The notes: a model not told the origin generated them from the letters alone. DNA of 64,000 nucleotides from Alphaproteobacteria bacterium (GCA_965222575.1 OZ244958.1:960001-1024000), one strand, 5' to 3'. Shown: positions 17,891 to 27,807, counted from the stretch's first letter. Made by a program: numbers and translations.

Positions 17891-19353
17891 TTGGTGATTC
17901 GAAACACTATTTCTTCACAAAAATCAGTGTTTTACAGAAATCTATCTGACAGTGGGCAAGGCAAATTTTTTCCTATTACCCCCGTTCAATCACCAAACCC
18001 GCCCCCCAGAAGTCCTATTTTTGCCATTGCCCCACATCAAGCATCATGTCTTCTGGTGAGGCGTATATCTCTTGTGCTTTTCACTTCACCGAAGCATCGG
18101 GTTTCTGCTACGGGTCTGCTGAAAGAGGGATATTTAATTGCGCGCTGTAATGGAAGTCTTATTTTTTGCCATTGCCCCCACATCAAGCACCATTTTCTTC
18201 TGGTGAGGAGGCGCATATCTTTTGTGCTTTTCACTCACCGAAGCATCGGGTTTCTGTTGCGGGTCTGCTGAAAGAGGGATATTTAATTGCGCGCTGTAAT
18301 GGAAGTCTTATTTTTTGCCATTGCCCCCACATCAAGCATCATGTCTTCTGGTGAGGCGTATATCTCTTGTGCTTTTCACTTCACCGAAGCATCGGGTTTC
18401 TGCTACGGGTCTGCTGAAAGAGGGATATTTAATTGCGTGCTGTAATGGAAGTCTTATTTTTTGCCATTGCCCCCACATCAAGCACCATTTTCTTCTGGTG
18501 AGGAGGCGCATATCTTTTGTGCTTTTCACTCACCGAAGTATCGGATTTCTGCTACGGGTCTGCTACAAGAGGGATATTTAATTGCGCGCTGTAATGGAAG
18601 TCTTATTTTTTGCCATTGCTCCCACATCAAGTATCATTTTCTTCTGGTGAGGCGTATATCTCTTGTGCTTTTCACTCACCGAAGCATTGGGTTTCTGTTG
18701 CGGGTCTGCTGAAAGAGGGATATTTAATTGCGCGCTGTAATGGAAGTCTTATTTTTTGCCATTGCTCCCACATCAAGTATCATTTTCTTCTAGTGAGACG
18801 CATATCCTTTGTGTTTTTCACTCACCGAAGCATGGGGTTTCTGTTGCGGGTCTGCTGAAAAAGGGATATTGAATTGCGCGCTGTAATGGAAGTCTTATTT
18901 TTTGCCATTGCCCCACATCAAGTATCATTTTCTTCTGGTGAGGCGCATATCTCTTGTGCTTTTCACTCACCGAGCCATGGGGTTTTTGCTGCGGGTCTGC
19001 TGAAAAAGGGATATTGAATTGCGCGCTGTAATGGAAGTCTTATTTTTTGCCATTGCCCCACATCAAGTGTCATTTTCTTCTAATGACTCGGTGATATGAA
19101 ACACTATTTCTTCACAAAAATCAGTGTTTTATAGAAATCTATCTGACGGTGGGTAAGGCAAATTTTTTCCTATTACCCCCGTTCAATCACCAAACCCGCC
19201 CCCCAGAAGTCCTATTTTTGCCATTGCCCCACATCAAGCATCATGTCTTCTGGTGAGGAGGCGCATATCTCTTGTACTTTTCACTCACCGAGCCATCGGG
19301 TTTTTGCTGCGGGTCTGCTGAAAAAGGGATATTGAATTGCGCGCTGTAATGGA
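17891..19353. repeat. Non-coding tandem array: 8 full plus 1 partial units of ~144-149 bp, and two copies of a ~118-bp linker
   Basis: Unit starts (gaagtc[ct]tatttt) at 18009, 18153, 18302, 18448, 18597, 18743, 18889, 19034 (partial), 19206; linker at ~17891-18008 and ~19089-19205. Confidence 0.95.
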
Positions 19354-19490
19354 GGAAAGAGTCGGCTGTTGCTTGGTGATTATTGCAAGGGAAAGGCGGG
19401 TTGGAATTTTATGGCGAGCCTCTGCAATTCACTGGGTTTTACAGGCTACGGTGCAAAAAATGCCAAATTCTGAATCCCTAACCCTTTCCA

Positions 19491-19534
19491 CCCACGGAGA
19501 CCCTACCCTATACAGGGTAGGGTCTCCTAGTGGG
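19491..19534. other. Perfect 14-bp inverted repeat (hairpin/cruciform)
   Basis: GGAGACCCTACCCT-ATAC-AGGGTAGGGTCTCC at 19496-19527, extendable by CCCAC/GTGGG. Confidence 0.9.
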
Positions 19535-20537
19535 TGAGGGGTAGAGGGATTGTTCTTTACTGCTATCCATTGTGCTGAAGTCCTTGTAAATAGGGGGTTT
19601 TAGAAAACAAAAAAAATCCCACCAAGTCAAGAATGTTGATATATAAGAATAGATACTTATTCTAAATCATTGATTTACATGGTTTTGGCAGAGAGAGATG
19701 AGAAATTTGGAAAAATGCAGAAAATTCTGCCAAAATCATATGAATCAATGACTTACATCAATGCCAATCACAAGAGATCAAAAAATAGGGGTCAAAATCA
19801 GGATTTTTTTCCTCACATGGAGAAAATCTTTCCCCAACATGGAAGAATAGTAAGGAGTTTTAACTTACTAGAAATTGTGGAAGTAATGTTAATGGGCAAA
19901 GCTAACATGGAAAAAAGTTTTCCCTAACAAGGGGTAAAACAAGGCAAAAATAATTGAGTGCTTTTTAGAATCACTCTAACTTGAGGAGATATTGCTCTAT
20001 TCCATTGATTTTTGTTGTAAGTAGTGATACCCACTTTTTCTTTCTACCCCTAAACATTGAGTGCACACCGCCCGCCTGCATAGGAAATTTTTTGAGACAA
20101 TACTTCAATTCTCACTATTATCAATAGTTTAACAATAGATATCTAGCATTTAATACTAGATTTATGCGAAAACCCTAAGAAGAAGACCCTCCTAAACCAA
20201 CTTGGTTGCTACCATAAGCAGAGTTGGCTCTTCTTGGGAGGCGCAACGCATTTGACAGCGCTTGACAGCTACTTGAGGAAGACCCTCCTACACCAACTTG
20301 ATTGCTACTATAAACAGAGTTGGCTCTGGGGTCTGTACAATAACGGACTCCACCCGACTTACCAACATACTTGACCAAGTAATCTTCTCAAGACCCTTCA
20401 GCCGTGCAAACAAACAGGAGGCACCCACCATCCTTTGCCAACATTGATACCATGAGTCACGAGTCACACATAAGACTTGGTCGGGGACTTTGGCGACTAG
20501 GTCATTCTGAACATGCGAAAATTAGTGGTTTTTTCTG

Positions 20538-20566
20538 TTGACATGGTAGAGGTTCTCTTCTATAGG
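20538..20566 (+). promoter_or_regulatory. Sigma70-like promoter for the prophage outer-membrane protein
   Basis: TTGACA-17 nt-TATAGG. Confidence 0.55.
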
Positions 20567-20632
20567 TAATATGCCTATGTCTATAAGAATCTTCTATAGT
20601 CAAGTATAATTATGTAATAAGGACTATAGATT

Positions 20633-21355
20633 ATGAAAAAGATGAAAATTTTGAAAACAGGAGTAGCATTAATAGTCTGTTCCTTTTTCCTGTCTCTTCA
20701 TGCTGAAGAGGCGCAATCCACTGAAAAGAAAAACTTTTTAGGGCCTATAGATTTTGGTATTAGCTTTTTTCCTTACACAAAGTTCTTTAAAAACAAGGTG
20801 AATGTTGGGGATGCCGGGACTGTTTGGGAGGATAAAAAAGCTATTACATATCCTCTAGGGTTTGAACTTAGTTTTGGATGGGAAAAAGGTAAGATGCGTG
20901 GTGAATCGACACTACGTCTTCAGCGTTCACCATCAGGAACACACACTCTTGTACCTAATGAAGGAGAAGAGTTTGATGGCGTTTGGCCTAAATCAAAAAT
21001 GTTTAGTTCAATATCTCTCAACTATCTTTATTCCCTGTTGGAAAAAGATGCATGGCGTTTTTACTTAGGGGCTGGTATTGGTTATAATATAAGTGTAGGG
21101 GATTTTGCTGCACCGAAAGGTTTTACCATTACCGACCAATTTATTCCTCGGTGGCACATGAAGTTAATAGGAGATGTAGTACATAAATCTCATGAAAAGT
21201 CCTCAATATTCTTCCGTTTTGAATTTGCAAGATTCATAAAGAAACTTAGTACGACATACTCCTATGATACTACTTTGGCAAAAGGGGTTAGTACAAAAGT
21301 CGAACAGGCTTCTGTAGGGCGGAAGGTTTCAATAGGATTCGGCTTACGATTTTAA
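20633..21355 (+). CDS. Outer-membrane beta-barrel protein (prophage moron)
   Basis: Signal peptide ending SLHA, amphipathic strands (FYLGAGIGY), C-terminal VSIGFGLRF. Confidence 0.75.
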   Translation: MKKMKILKTGVALIVCSFFLSLHAEEAQSTEKKNFLGPIDFGISFFPYTKFFKNKVNVGDAGTVWEDKKAITYPLGFELSFGWEKGKMRGESTLRLQRSPSGTHTLVPNEGEEFDGVWPKSKMFSSISLNYLYSLLEKDAWRFYLGAGIGYNISVGDFAAPKGFTITDQFIPRWHMKLIGDVVHKSHEKSSIFFRFEFARFIKKLSTTYSYDTTLAKGVSTKVEQASVGRKVSIGFGLRF

Positions 21356-22161
21356 TTAGGATATAGCAAGAGAGAAATTGTGGAATTTTGAATAAAAAAA
21401 GTCATTTCCCAACACTCTTCATGCATTGACCATACGCCTTTTGGGTGATAGGATTTTTTCCAGTTGCAATCATTAAAATCTAGCCAATCTATTCCTCCTG
21501 CTGCTAGAGACAGGGGTGGAAGGCAAACTTTCTTTCCGAAGTCCCCCCTAATTTTCCCAGAAAGAGCTCTATAGTATTTTCTTGACTGCCAAAGTCTGTT
21601 GCTAGCAGAAGTCCACTCAATGAGTCCATCTTTACCCACCACTATCATGGCTCGTTTATCGCAAACTTTTATCCACCGCAAGCATACTGCTGTAAAAGAA
21701 ACTTCATAATACTCTGCGATTTCTTGGAAGATTTCTGGACCAAGTTTTTGTCCCTCAATTTTATGCTGAAAGTGGGTTTTTGGCATCAGGAAACAGGAAG
21801 CGAATTCGTTGGCTTGATTTTCTATGATTTTTGTATTTCTAAAACAGGGATCGCAATACAGGCTTTTGTGGAGCATATAATGTCCAAATTCGTGAGCTAT
21901 GGTGAAGTTTTTGCGCTCTCTTGACACCAAAGAGTTTTTGTAAAGAATAGCCCAGTGGCCTTCTTGGTAAGGATTCTTAACAAGCAATCCATCAGGCTCT
22001 ATGTCCAAACCTTCTATGTGCGTAATAGGGTCTTTAGGATGGACAATGCTTGAAAAGCTTAAGGCTACTTGAAGAGGGTCAACAGGAAAAGATTGGATGT
22101 CACAAGTTTTATGGATTTTCTGACAAATAAGATCAATATTTGTCATAGGTTTTCCCCCCAA
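21352..22161 (-). CDS. ImmA/IrrE-family metallopeptidase (CapP-like)
   Basis: RKNFTIAHEFGH, ENQANEFASCFLMP, YEVSFTA; overlaps an upstream XRE HTH gene. Confidence 0.88.
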   Translation of the reverse strand: MGGKPMTNIDLICQKIHKTCDIQSFPVDPLQVALSFSSIVHPKDPITHIEGLDIEPDGLLVKNPYQEGHWAILYKNSLVSRERKNFTIAHEFGHYMLHKSLYCDPCFRNTKIIENQANEFASCFLMPKTHFQHKIEGQKLGPEIFQEIAEYYEVSFTAVCLRWIKVCDKRAMIVVGKDGLIEWTSASNRLWQSRKYYRALSGKIRGDFGKKVCLPPLSLAAGGIDWLDFNDCNWKKSYHPKGVWSMHEECWEMTFFIQNSTISLLLYPN

Positions 22162-22478
22162 TCTTCTATGATTTTTCTAATTTTCTTGCGGTCAGTCGAG
22201 GAGAGTTTCTGAAAGTTTCTAAACATTGCTTCATCTATGATTTTATCGATAGGGTCTTTAGCATTGTCATCAAGCAGGAAATCAGTCGTGACATTTAGGG
22301 CTTCAGCAATCAGAGAAAGTTTTTTGCCAGTAGGATTGATTTGTTTTCCATCTGGCAATCCATTTTCCAGTGAATAAAGGTAACTTCTATTGGACCTAGT
22401 TAATTTTCCTAGGGCGCTTAAAGAGAGCCCTTTTTTTTCTCTCAGTTTTTTAATTTTTGCGCCAAGTAATGAGGTCAT
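22143..22478 (-). CDS. XRE-family HTH repressor (CapH/ImmR-like)
   Basis: LGAKIKKLREKKGLSLSAL...SYLYSLEN...IAEALNVTTDFLL. Confidence 0.88.
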   Translation of the reverse strand: MTSLLGAKIKKLREKKGLSLSALGKLTRSNRSYLYSLENGLPDGKQINPTGKKLSLIAEALNVTTDFLLDDNAKDPIDKIIDEAMFRNFQKLSSTDRKKIRKIIEDWGENL

Positions 22479-22520
22479 GCTCCGAGAAAATCCTTTGAAA
22501 TTAAACGTTTATTGTAGCAT

Positions 22521-22561
22521 ACAATTTTGTTCTTGACAAAGGACAATTTATGTTCTATAGA
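22521..22561 (+). promoter_or_regulatory. Early promoter with overlapping direct-repeat operator candidates
   Basis: TTGACA(22533)-17 nt-TATAGA; acaattttgttct at 22521 and acaatttatgttct at 22543; lies between divergent regulators. Confidence 0.6.
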
Positions 22562-22602
22562 TAAAACAAAAATGATATTTTTGAAAATCATATGGTGAGG
22601 CG

Positions 22603-22806
22603 ATGGATAAAAAAGAGCCCTTAGAATGTAAGCTATTTAGTCAAGAGGATGTTTGCAAAAGATATGATATTACCAGTCAGACTTTGCTGTATTGGCATCG
22701 GAAAAAAACTGCGCCTCAGCGTCTTAAAATTGGACAAAAAGTTTTTTATCGCTTAGAGGATTTGGTTGCATTTGAAGCCACTAAAATTATGGAGGAAAAA
22801 TCATGA
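22603..22806 (+). CDS. AlpA/excisionase-like HTH protein
   Basis: FSQEDVCKRYDITSQTLLYW...P..LKIGQKVFYRLEDL. Confidence 0.8.
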   Translation: MDKKEPLECKLFSQEDVCKRYDITSQTLLYWHRKKTAPQRLKIGQKVFYRLEDLVAFEATKIMEEKS

Positions 22807-22839
22807 AGGTGTTGACAACCCAGAAAGCATTGCTTAAGG

Positions 22840-22978
22840 TAGGGGCAAGGTCTCAAAACCTTGTACAAGCGGTCACCGCCCCCGTCGTGCGGTTTTTTTA
22901 TGACGACATTATGCCTTGGGGGTTAGTACCCATAAGTCAACGTAGCCTATCTTGTACAGGGTTTTATTACCCCCAGGG
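22840..22978 (+). ncRNA. Putative structured leader/antisense-regulated element (ash/c4-like)
   Basis: aaaaccttgtacaag (~22856) pairs with cttgtacagggtttt (~22951); internal gcggtcaccgcccccgtcgtgcggtttttttatg hairpin with U-tract. Confidence 0.4.
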
Positions 22979-23025
22979 TATTTTATGCTGTGCCCGCTTG
23001 AGAATAACAAGTGCGGGGTAAGGTC

Positions 23026-23562
23026 ATGCCGTTTTTCCAGAGATGTAAAGTATGTGGTCGGGCAGATCACACGAATTTTCATGTGCCGGATGATGTTTGG
23101 TATAGGGTTGTCCCTCAAGAATATAAAGACTCGGTTGTGTGCCTCTGTTGCTTTGACCATTTTGCTACTGCTAAAGGCGAGGATTATATCCATGAGTTGG
23201 AGGAAGAGTTTGTCTTTGCTGGGAACAAGGTCTTTTGTTCCGCTAATATCTTTAAGCGGTGGAGTACTATAGACTTTGAGCAAGGGAGAATGGAAACAGA
23301 TGTCTGCACAAAGACCTGCAAAGTGTGCCTAAGACAAGACTATTTAAGACATGAGGTCATAGATAGAAAATTATGGAAGCAGATTGTTCCAGTGGAGTTT
23401 CATTCAAAAAATGTTTGTCTTGCGTGTCTGGATGACTTTGCTTCTGGTAGAAACAAAAATTACAGCAAAGCCTTAGGGAAAGACATTGAGTTTTGGGGCA
23501 AAAGCGGTGGGTTTCAAGCCCGCATCCACGATATTACCATAGCAACCCCGGTGGGGTCATGA
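23026..23562 (+). CDS. Protein with two tandem CxxC...CxxC zinc-binding modules
   Basis: CKVC...WYRVVP...VCLCCFDHFA and CKVC...WKQIVP...VCLACLDDFA; ATG at 23026. Confidence 0.7.
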   Translation: MPFFQRCKVCGRADHTNFHVPDDVWYRVVPQEYKDSVVCLCCFDHFATAKGEDYIHELEEEFVFAGNKVFCSANIFKRWSTIDFEQGRMETDVCTKTCKVCLRQDYLRHEVIDRKLWKQIVPVEFHSKNVCLACLDDFASGRNKNYSKALGKDIEFWGKSGGFQARIHDITIATPVGS

Positions 23563-23936
23563 AAAAACAACAATATCACACATACTGGGAAGACTTAGTG
23601 GCCTACTTTAAGGGTAAGGCAAAAGCTCTATTTTGCATGCCGACATACTTTCCTCCCCAAACGAACCCTACAAGAAGGGTTCCCCCTCAGCTACAAACGA
23701 AAGAGTATTTGACTACGGATGAGCTTGCCCTTAAATGGAATTTAAGTGCTTCAACTCTATCGAATTGGCGTTGGGAAGGGAAAGGGCCTACTTTTGTCAA
23801 AGTTGGCAAGAGTGTCCGCTATAAAAAACACACCATTGAAGAATACGAAAAGACGTATTTTTTTGAACGCAATAATACTATTAAAATAGGAAATGACAAT
23901 GAACTTACCGATTATTTCAGCGGAAGAAAGGCTTAA
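23559..23936 (+). CDS. HTH_17/excisionase-like DNA-binding protein
   Basis: LTTDELALKWNLSASTLSNWRWEGKGPTFVKVGKSVRY. Confidence 0.8.
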   Translation: MKKQQYHTYWEDLVAYFKGKAKALFCMPTYFPPQTNPTRRVPPQLQTKEYLTTDELALKWNLSASTLSNWRWEGKGPTFVKVGKSVRYKKHTIEEYEKTYFFERNNTIKIGNDNELTDYFSGRKA

Positions 23937-24756
23937 AGAGCACCACAGTATAAAGGGGTGCATTTTTGGCAAAAGCGGTATTGGCAAGACCTCATTACTT
24001 TGGACATTAAATCCAGCGGAAACGCTATTTATAGACTTAGAAGCGGGAGATTTGGCGGTTAAAGAATGGCCGGGGGATACCTTGCGTCCAAAAACATGGT
24101 CAGAATGTCGTGATTTAGCAGTGTTCATTGGCGGCCCGAATTTATCCTTGAAGAAGGAGGAAGCCTACAGTCAAGACCACTATCGTGCGGTGTGTGAAAG
24201 TTTTGGCGATAGAAAATCACTAGAAAAATACAAAACCATCTTTATTGACTCCATCACAGTTGCTGGAAGACTCTGCTTTCGTTGGTGCAAAAATCAACCA
24301 CAATGCTTTAGTGAGAGAACAAAAACACTTAATATGCTAGAAGTATATGGGCTTCATGGGCAAGAAATGATGGGGTGGTTGACGCTCTTCCAACACATTC
24401 GGCGGAAAAACATTTGGTTTGTAGGGATTTTGGACGAAAAAATGGATGAATTCAATGGCAAAGTGTACGTACCGCAAATTGAGGGGGCAAAAACAGGACT
24501 GGAGCTACCGGGCATTGTAGACGAAGTACTTGTAATGAGTGAAATCCCTGTTTCTGACGGCAAAACAGATAGGGGCTTTGTCTGCCAGACGCTTAATGAT
24601 TGGGGGTATCCAGCCAAAGACAGATCGGGAAAATTGGCGGTGGTAGAAAAAGCCCACCTTGGACAATTGATGGCAAAAATTTCTGCTCGAAAAGAGCAAA
24701 AAAAAATCAAGAATCCTATTAAAAACTCATTGGAAATGATAACAACAAGTAAGTAA
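23893..24756 (+). CDS. Phage AAA_24-type ATPase (Sak4-like)
   Basis: Walker A GKSGIGKT, FIDLEAG, FIDSIT, PAKDRSG. Confidence 0.85.
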   Translation: MTMNLPIISAEERLKEHHSIKGCIFGKSGIGKTSLLWTLNPAETLFIDLEAGDLAVKEWPGDTLRPKTWSECRDLAVFIGGPNLSLKKEEAYSQDHYRAVCESFGDRKSLEKYKTIFIDSITVAGRLCFRWCKNQPQCFSERTKTLNMLEVYGLHGQEMMGWLTLFQHIRRKNIWFVGILDEKMDEFNGKVYVPQIEGAKTGLELPGIVDEVLVMSEIPVSDGKTDRGFVCQTLNDWGYPAKDRSGKLAVVEKAHLGQLMAKISARKEQKKIKNPIKNSLEMITTSK

Positions 24757-24762
24757 GGAGAA

Positions 24763-25383
24763 GTGAAGATGACTAATATGAAGCAATCTCATAACACTCA
24801 GTGGTATAATTTTAACACTGCTACAGATCAAACCTCTTTTGATATGATCCCAAAGGGAACTTTAGCAAAAGTCCGCCTGACAATTAAGCCGGGGGGATTT
24901 AATGACTTAGAGCAAGGCTGGACAGGGGGGTATGCTACTCAAAATCCTACTACGGGGTCGGTGTACTTGAATTGTGAATTTGTGCTATTGGAGGGAGAAT
25001 ATGCCCGGCGCAGGATATGGAGTCTCATCGGTCTTTACAGTCCAAAAGTTACTAAGGAGGGGAGAAAAAATCAATGGGGAGACATAGGACGATCCTTTAT
25101 AAAAGGTATTCTAAACTCAGCTTACGGTCTCCATCCGGAGGATATGTCTGAGACAGCCATAAAGCGGCGGTGTATTCCTGGTGTTAAGGTTTTAGATGGG
25201 ATGGACTTTGTAGCCAAAATTGATGTCGGCAAAGATCAGCATGGCGAGGATAAAAATGAGATTAGTGTTGCTATTACTCCTGAGAACCCTGAATACGGAG
25301 AAATAATGGGGACAATAGCAACGGTTTCTTCACCGCCACTGCCTGCACCACCGCCCTCTGATGTGCCGCCGTGGGCTACCTGA
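24763..25383 (+). CDS. Phage single-stranded DNA-binding protein-like
   Basis: IPKGT...YLNCEF..LEGEYARRRIW; Pro-rich tail ending PPWA; syntenic with AAA_24 and helicase. Confidence 0.65.
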   Translation: MKMTNMKQSHNTQWYNFNTATDQTSFDMIPKGTLAKVRLTIKPGGFNDLEQGWTGGYATQNPTTGSVYLNCEFVLLEGEYARRRIWSLIGLYSPKVTKEGRKNQWGDIGRSFIKGILNSAYGLHPEDMSETAIKRRCIPGVKVLDGMDFVAKIDVGKDQHGEDKNEISVAITPENPEYGEIMGTIATVSSPPLPAPPPSDVPPWAT

Positions 25384-25389
25384 TGAAAG

Positions 25390-27060
25390 ATGCTTTTGCG
25401 ATCCCGTCAGAAAACTTTTGTGCAAAGGTGTCTACAAGCTCTACATAAACATGGCAATACCCTAGGCATAGCCCCTACTGGGTTTGGGAAAACAATTGCT
25501 CTGTCGGGAGTCGTAGGAGAGTTGCTGAAGAAAGGAGGGAAAGCCTGTATTTTAGCGCATCGTGATGAACTCACGCAGCAGAATATGGGAAAATTTCGTG
25601 TTCTCTATCCTCATCGTTCAACATCCATTTTTGACAGAAAGAATAAGGATTTTTCAGGACAAGTTACAGGGGCAATGGTACAGACGCTTCACCGCAATTT
25701 ATGGAGTATGCCTGTACTGAGTTTGTTAGTCATTGATGAAACGCATCATGTCCCTGCTAAGAGTTACGCAAGAATCATTAAGCGTGCCTATGAGCTGAAT
25801 CCTCACTTATTGCTATTTGGTGTTACTGCCACCCCCTCTCGTGGCGATAAAAAACGATTGCGCGCCTTTTTTTCCAATATAGGCGACCAAGTTTCTGTCA
25901 GAGAACTCATAGAATCTGGCCATCTTGTTCCGCCTAAAACCTTTGTGATGAATGTTGGGACGCAAGAAGCTTTGAAGAATGTTGCTAAAATCGCCAATGA
26001 TTACGATATGAAGCAGGTAGACGCTATTATGAACAAACGCCCTGTCTCAGAGGCTGTTGTAAAGCACTGGAAAGAAAAAGCGCACAACAGGCAAACCATT
26101 ATCTTTTGTTCTACAATTGAGCATGCGAAAAACGTTTATGAATCATTCCTAGAAGAAGGGATTCCCTCTGGTTGTCTACATGGTCAACTTAGTATCGAAC
26201 AAAGAGACAAAGTATTAAAAGACTACTCAAGTTTCAAAACGCGTGTGCTGGTAAATGTAGCGCTACTTACTGAAGGATGGGATAGTCCATCAACATCATG
26301 TGTTGTTTTATTACGCCCCTCTTCTTACAAATCCACAATGATTCAAATGATTGGTAGGGGATTAAGGCCTTTGAACAATCAAGAGTATATCAATACAGTC
26401 AAAACTGATTGTGTTGTTTTAGATTTTGGAATATCAACACTGCTACATGGGTCAATAGAGCAGTCTTTTAGCTTAAATGTGCCAGACTCAACAACACAAT
26501 CACCGAAGATATCGCCTCAAAAGGAATGTCCGGAATGCCAAGTTTTTGTCCCTATTTTTACAACAGAATGCCCAATATGTCATTACAGTTGGAAGGTCAA
26601 AGAAGAGGATAAACGGACTCTGCTCAAAGAGTTTTCAATGTTAGAGATTGATTTATTAAACAAGTCCTCGTTTGTATGGGTTGATATTTTCAAGGATGGA
26701 CAATCTTTTTTAGCTACTGGATTTACAGCATGGGGTGGCATTTTTTGCTTTCAAAAGCAGTGGTTTGCTGTAGGAGGAGGAAAAACTAAAGTCGCCCGCT
26801 TGCTCACTATAGGAGAACGAACAGTGTGCTTAGCAAAAGCCAACGATTGGCTCAATACCCATGAAACAGATGAAAGTGCCCATAAGTCTAAAAAGTGGAT
26901 TCATCAGCTTCCTACGCGCAAGCAAACGACTCTGCTGCCTTCCTGTAAAAAAATGGATTTTAATCTCACACGCTATGAAGCATCAGCTTTTCTTACATAT
27001 AAATTCCACAAGTCTGCCATTAAAAATCTTGTGATGAAGACTAGTCAAAAGGTGGCATAA
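25390..27060 (+). CDS. Phage superfamily 2 DEAD/DEAH-like helicase with zinc ribbon
   Basis: PTGFGKT, DETHH, TAT, QMIGRGLR, CPEC...CPIC. Confidence 0.92.
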   Translation: MLLRSRQKTFVQRCLQALHKHGNTLGIAPTGFGKTIALSGVVGELLKKGGKACILAHRDELTQQNMGKFRVLYPHRSTSIFDRKNKDFSGQVTGAMVQTLHRNLWSMPVLSLLVIDETHHVPAKSYARIIKRAYELNPHLLLFGVTATPSRGDKKRLRAFFSNIGDQVSVRELIESGHLVPPKTFVMNVGTQEALKNVAKIANDYDMKQVDAIMNKRPVSEAVVKHWKEKAHNRQTIIFCSTIEHAKNVYESFLEEGIPSGCLHGQLSIEQRDKVLKDYSSFKTRVLVNVALLTEGWDSPSTSCVVLLRPSSYKSTMIQMIGRGLRPLNNQEYINTVKTDCVVLDFGISTLLHGSIEQSFSLNVPDSTTQSPKISPQKECPECQVFVPIFTTECPICHYSWKVKEEDKRTLLKEFSMLEIDLLNKSSFVWVDIFKDGQSFLATGFTAWGGIFCFQKQWFAVGGGKTKVARLLTIGERTVCLAKANDWLNTHETDESAHKSKKWIHQLPTRKQTTLLPSCKKMDFNLTRYEASAFLTYKFHKSAIKNLVMKTSQKVA

Positions 27061-27806
27061 TGTTAGAGTACAATGACAAATACCCAGCGTTTTCAAACAA
27101 ACTTGTTCACCTTATTGACAAAGCCCTAGAGGTCTCAAATGAAAAAAGGCTTTGTAAAAGTCTAGGGGCTAGCCGGTTAGGAGGCTCCTGTACTAGGGCT
27201 ATTCAGTATGAGTTTTTGAACACGCCTAAAGAAAAGGATTTTACAGGAAAAGTCTTACGTATTTTCTCTATAGGACACAGCCTAGAATCCCTAGCTGTTC
27301 AATGGTTGAAACAGGGCGGCATAAAAATCCAAACACGAAAAGACGATGGAACACCCTTTGGATTTAGTGTAGCTGGCGGAAAGATACGTGGATATGTGGA
27401 TGGCATTATTACAGTAGCACCCCCATCCTTAGAGTGGTCTTACCCGATGCTGTGGGAATGTAAATCCCTGAACGCTAAGAATTGGAGGAATCTCGTGAAG
27501 TATGGGGTATTTAAGGCTAATCTTGTGTATGCTACGCAAATTGCTTTGTACCAAGCTTATATGGAAGAAAGCTTTTCTGGCATATGGAAAAATCCCGCTT
27601 TATTCACTGCAATCAACAAAGATACGGCAGAATTATATTTTGAGCTAGTGCCTTTTGATAAAGCTTTAGCGCAAAAAATGAGTGACCGTGCGGTTCACAT
27701 CTTAAAGGCGTGTACGGCGGAAGAAACGTTGCCCCGCATCACTGACAATCCTGATTTTTTTGAGTGTAAGTGGTGTCCCTATCGTGAGCGGTGTTGGAGT
27801 GCTTAA
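27060..27806 (+). CDS. PD-(D/E)XK exonuclease (Cas4-like fold, phage)
   Basis: GYVDG, WECKS, QIALY, C-terminal CKWCPYRERC. Confidence 0.8.
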   Translation: MLEYNDKYPAFSNKLVHLIDKALEVSNEKRLCKSLGASRLGGSCTRAIQYEFLNTPKEKDFTGKVLRIFSIGHSLESLAVQWLKQGGIKIQTRKDDGTPFGFSVAGGKIRGYVDGIITVAPPSLEWSYPMLWECKSLNAKNWRNLVKYGVFKANLVYATQIALYQAYMEESFSGIWKNPALFTAINKDTAELYFELVPFDKALAQKMSDRAVHILKACTAEETLPRITDNPDFFECKWCPYRERCWSA

Positions 27807-27807
27807 A

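Noticed and set aside
17891-19353. CRISPR array
   Set aside because: Whole ~146-bp units are repeated; there are no unique spacers and no cas operon.
20175-20455. Rolling-circle Rep remnant (YLVKYVGK) with a ~50-bp direct repeat
   Set aside because: The repeat (~20181 and ~20278) is real, but one short motif in a broken frame is not enough to assign a family.
27060-27806. Cas4 of a CRISPR system
   Set aside because: It sits in a phage replication operon between helicase and primase, with no cas1/cas2.
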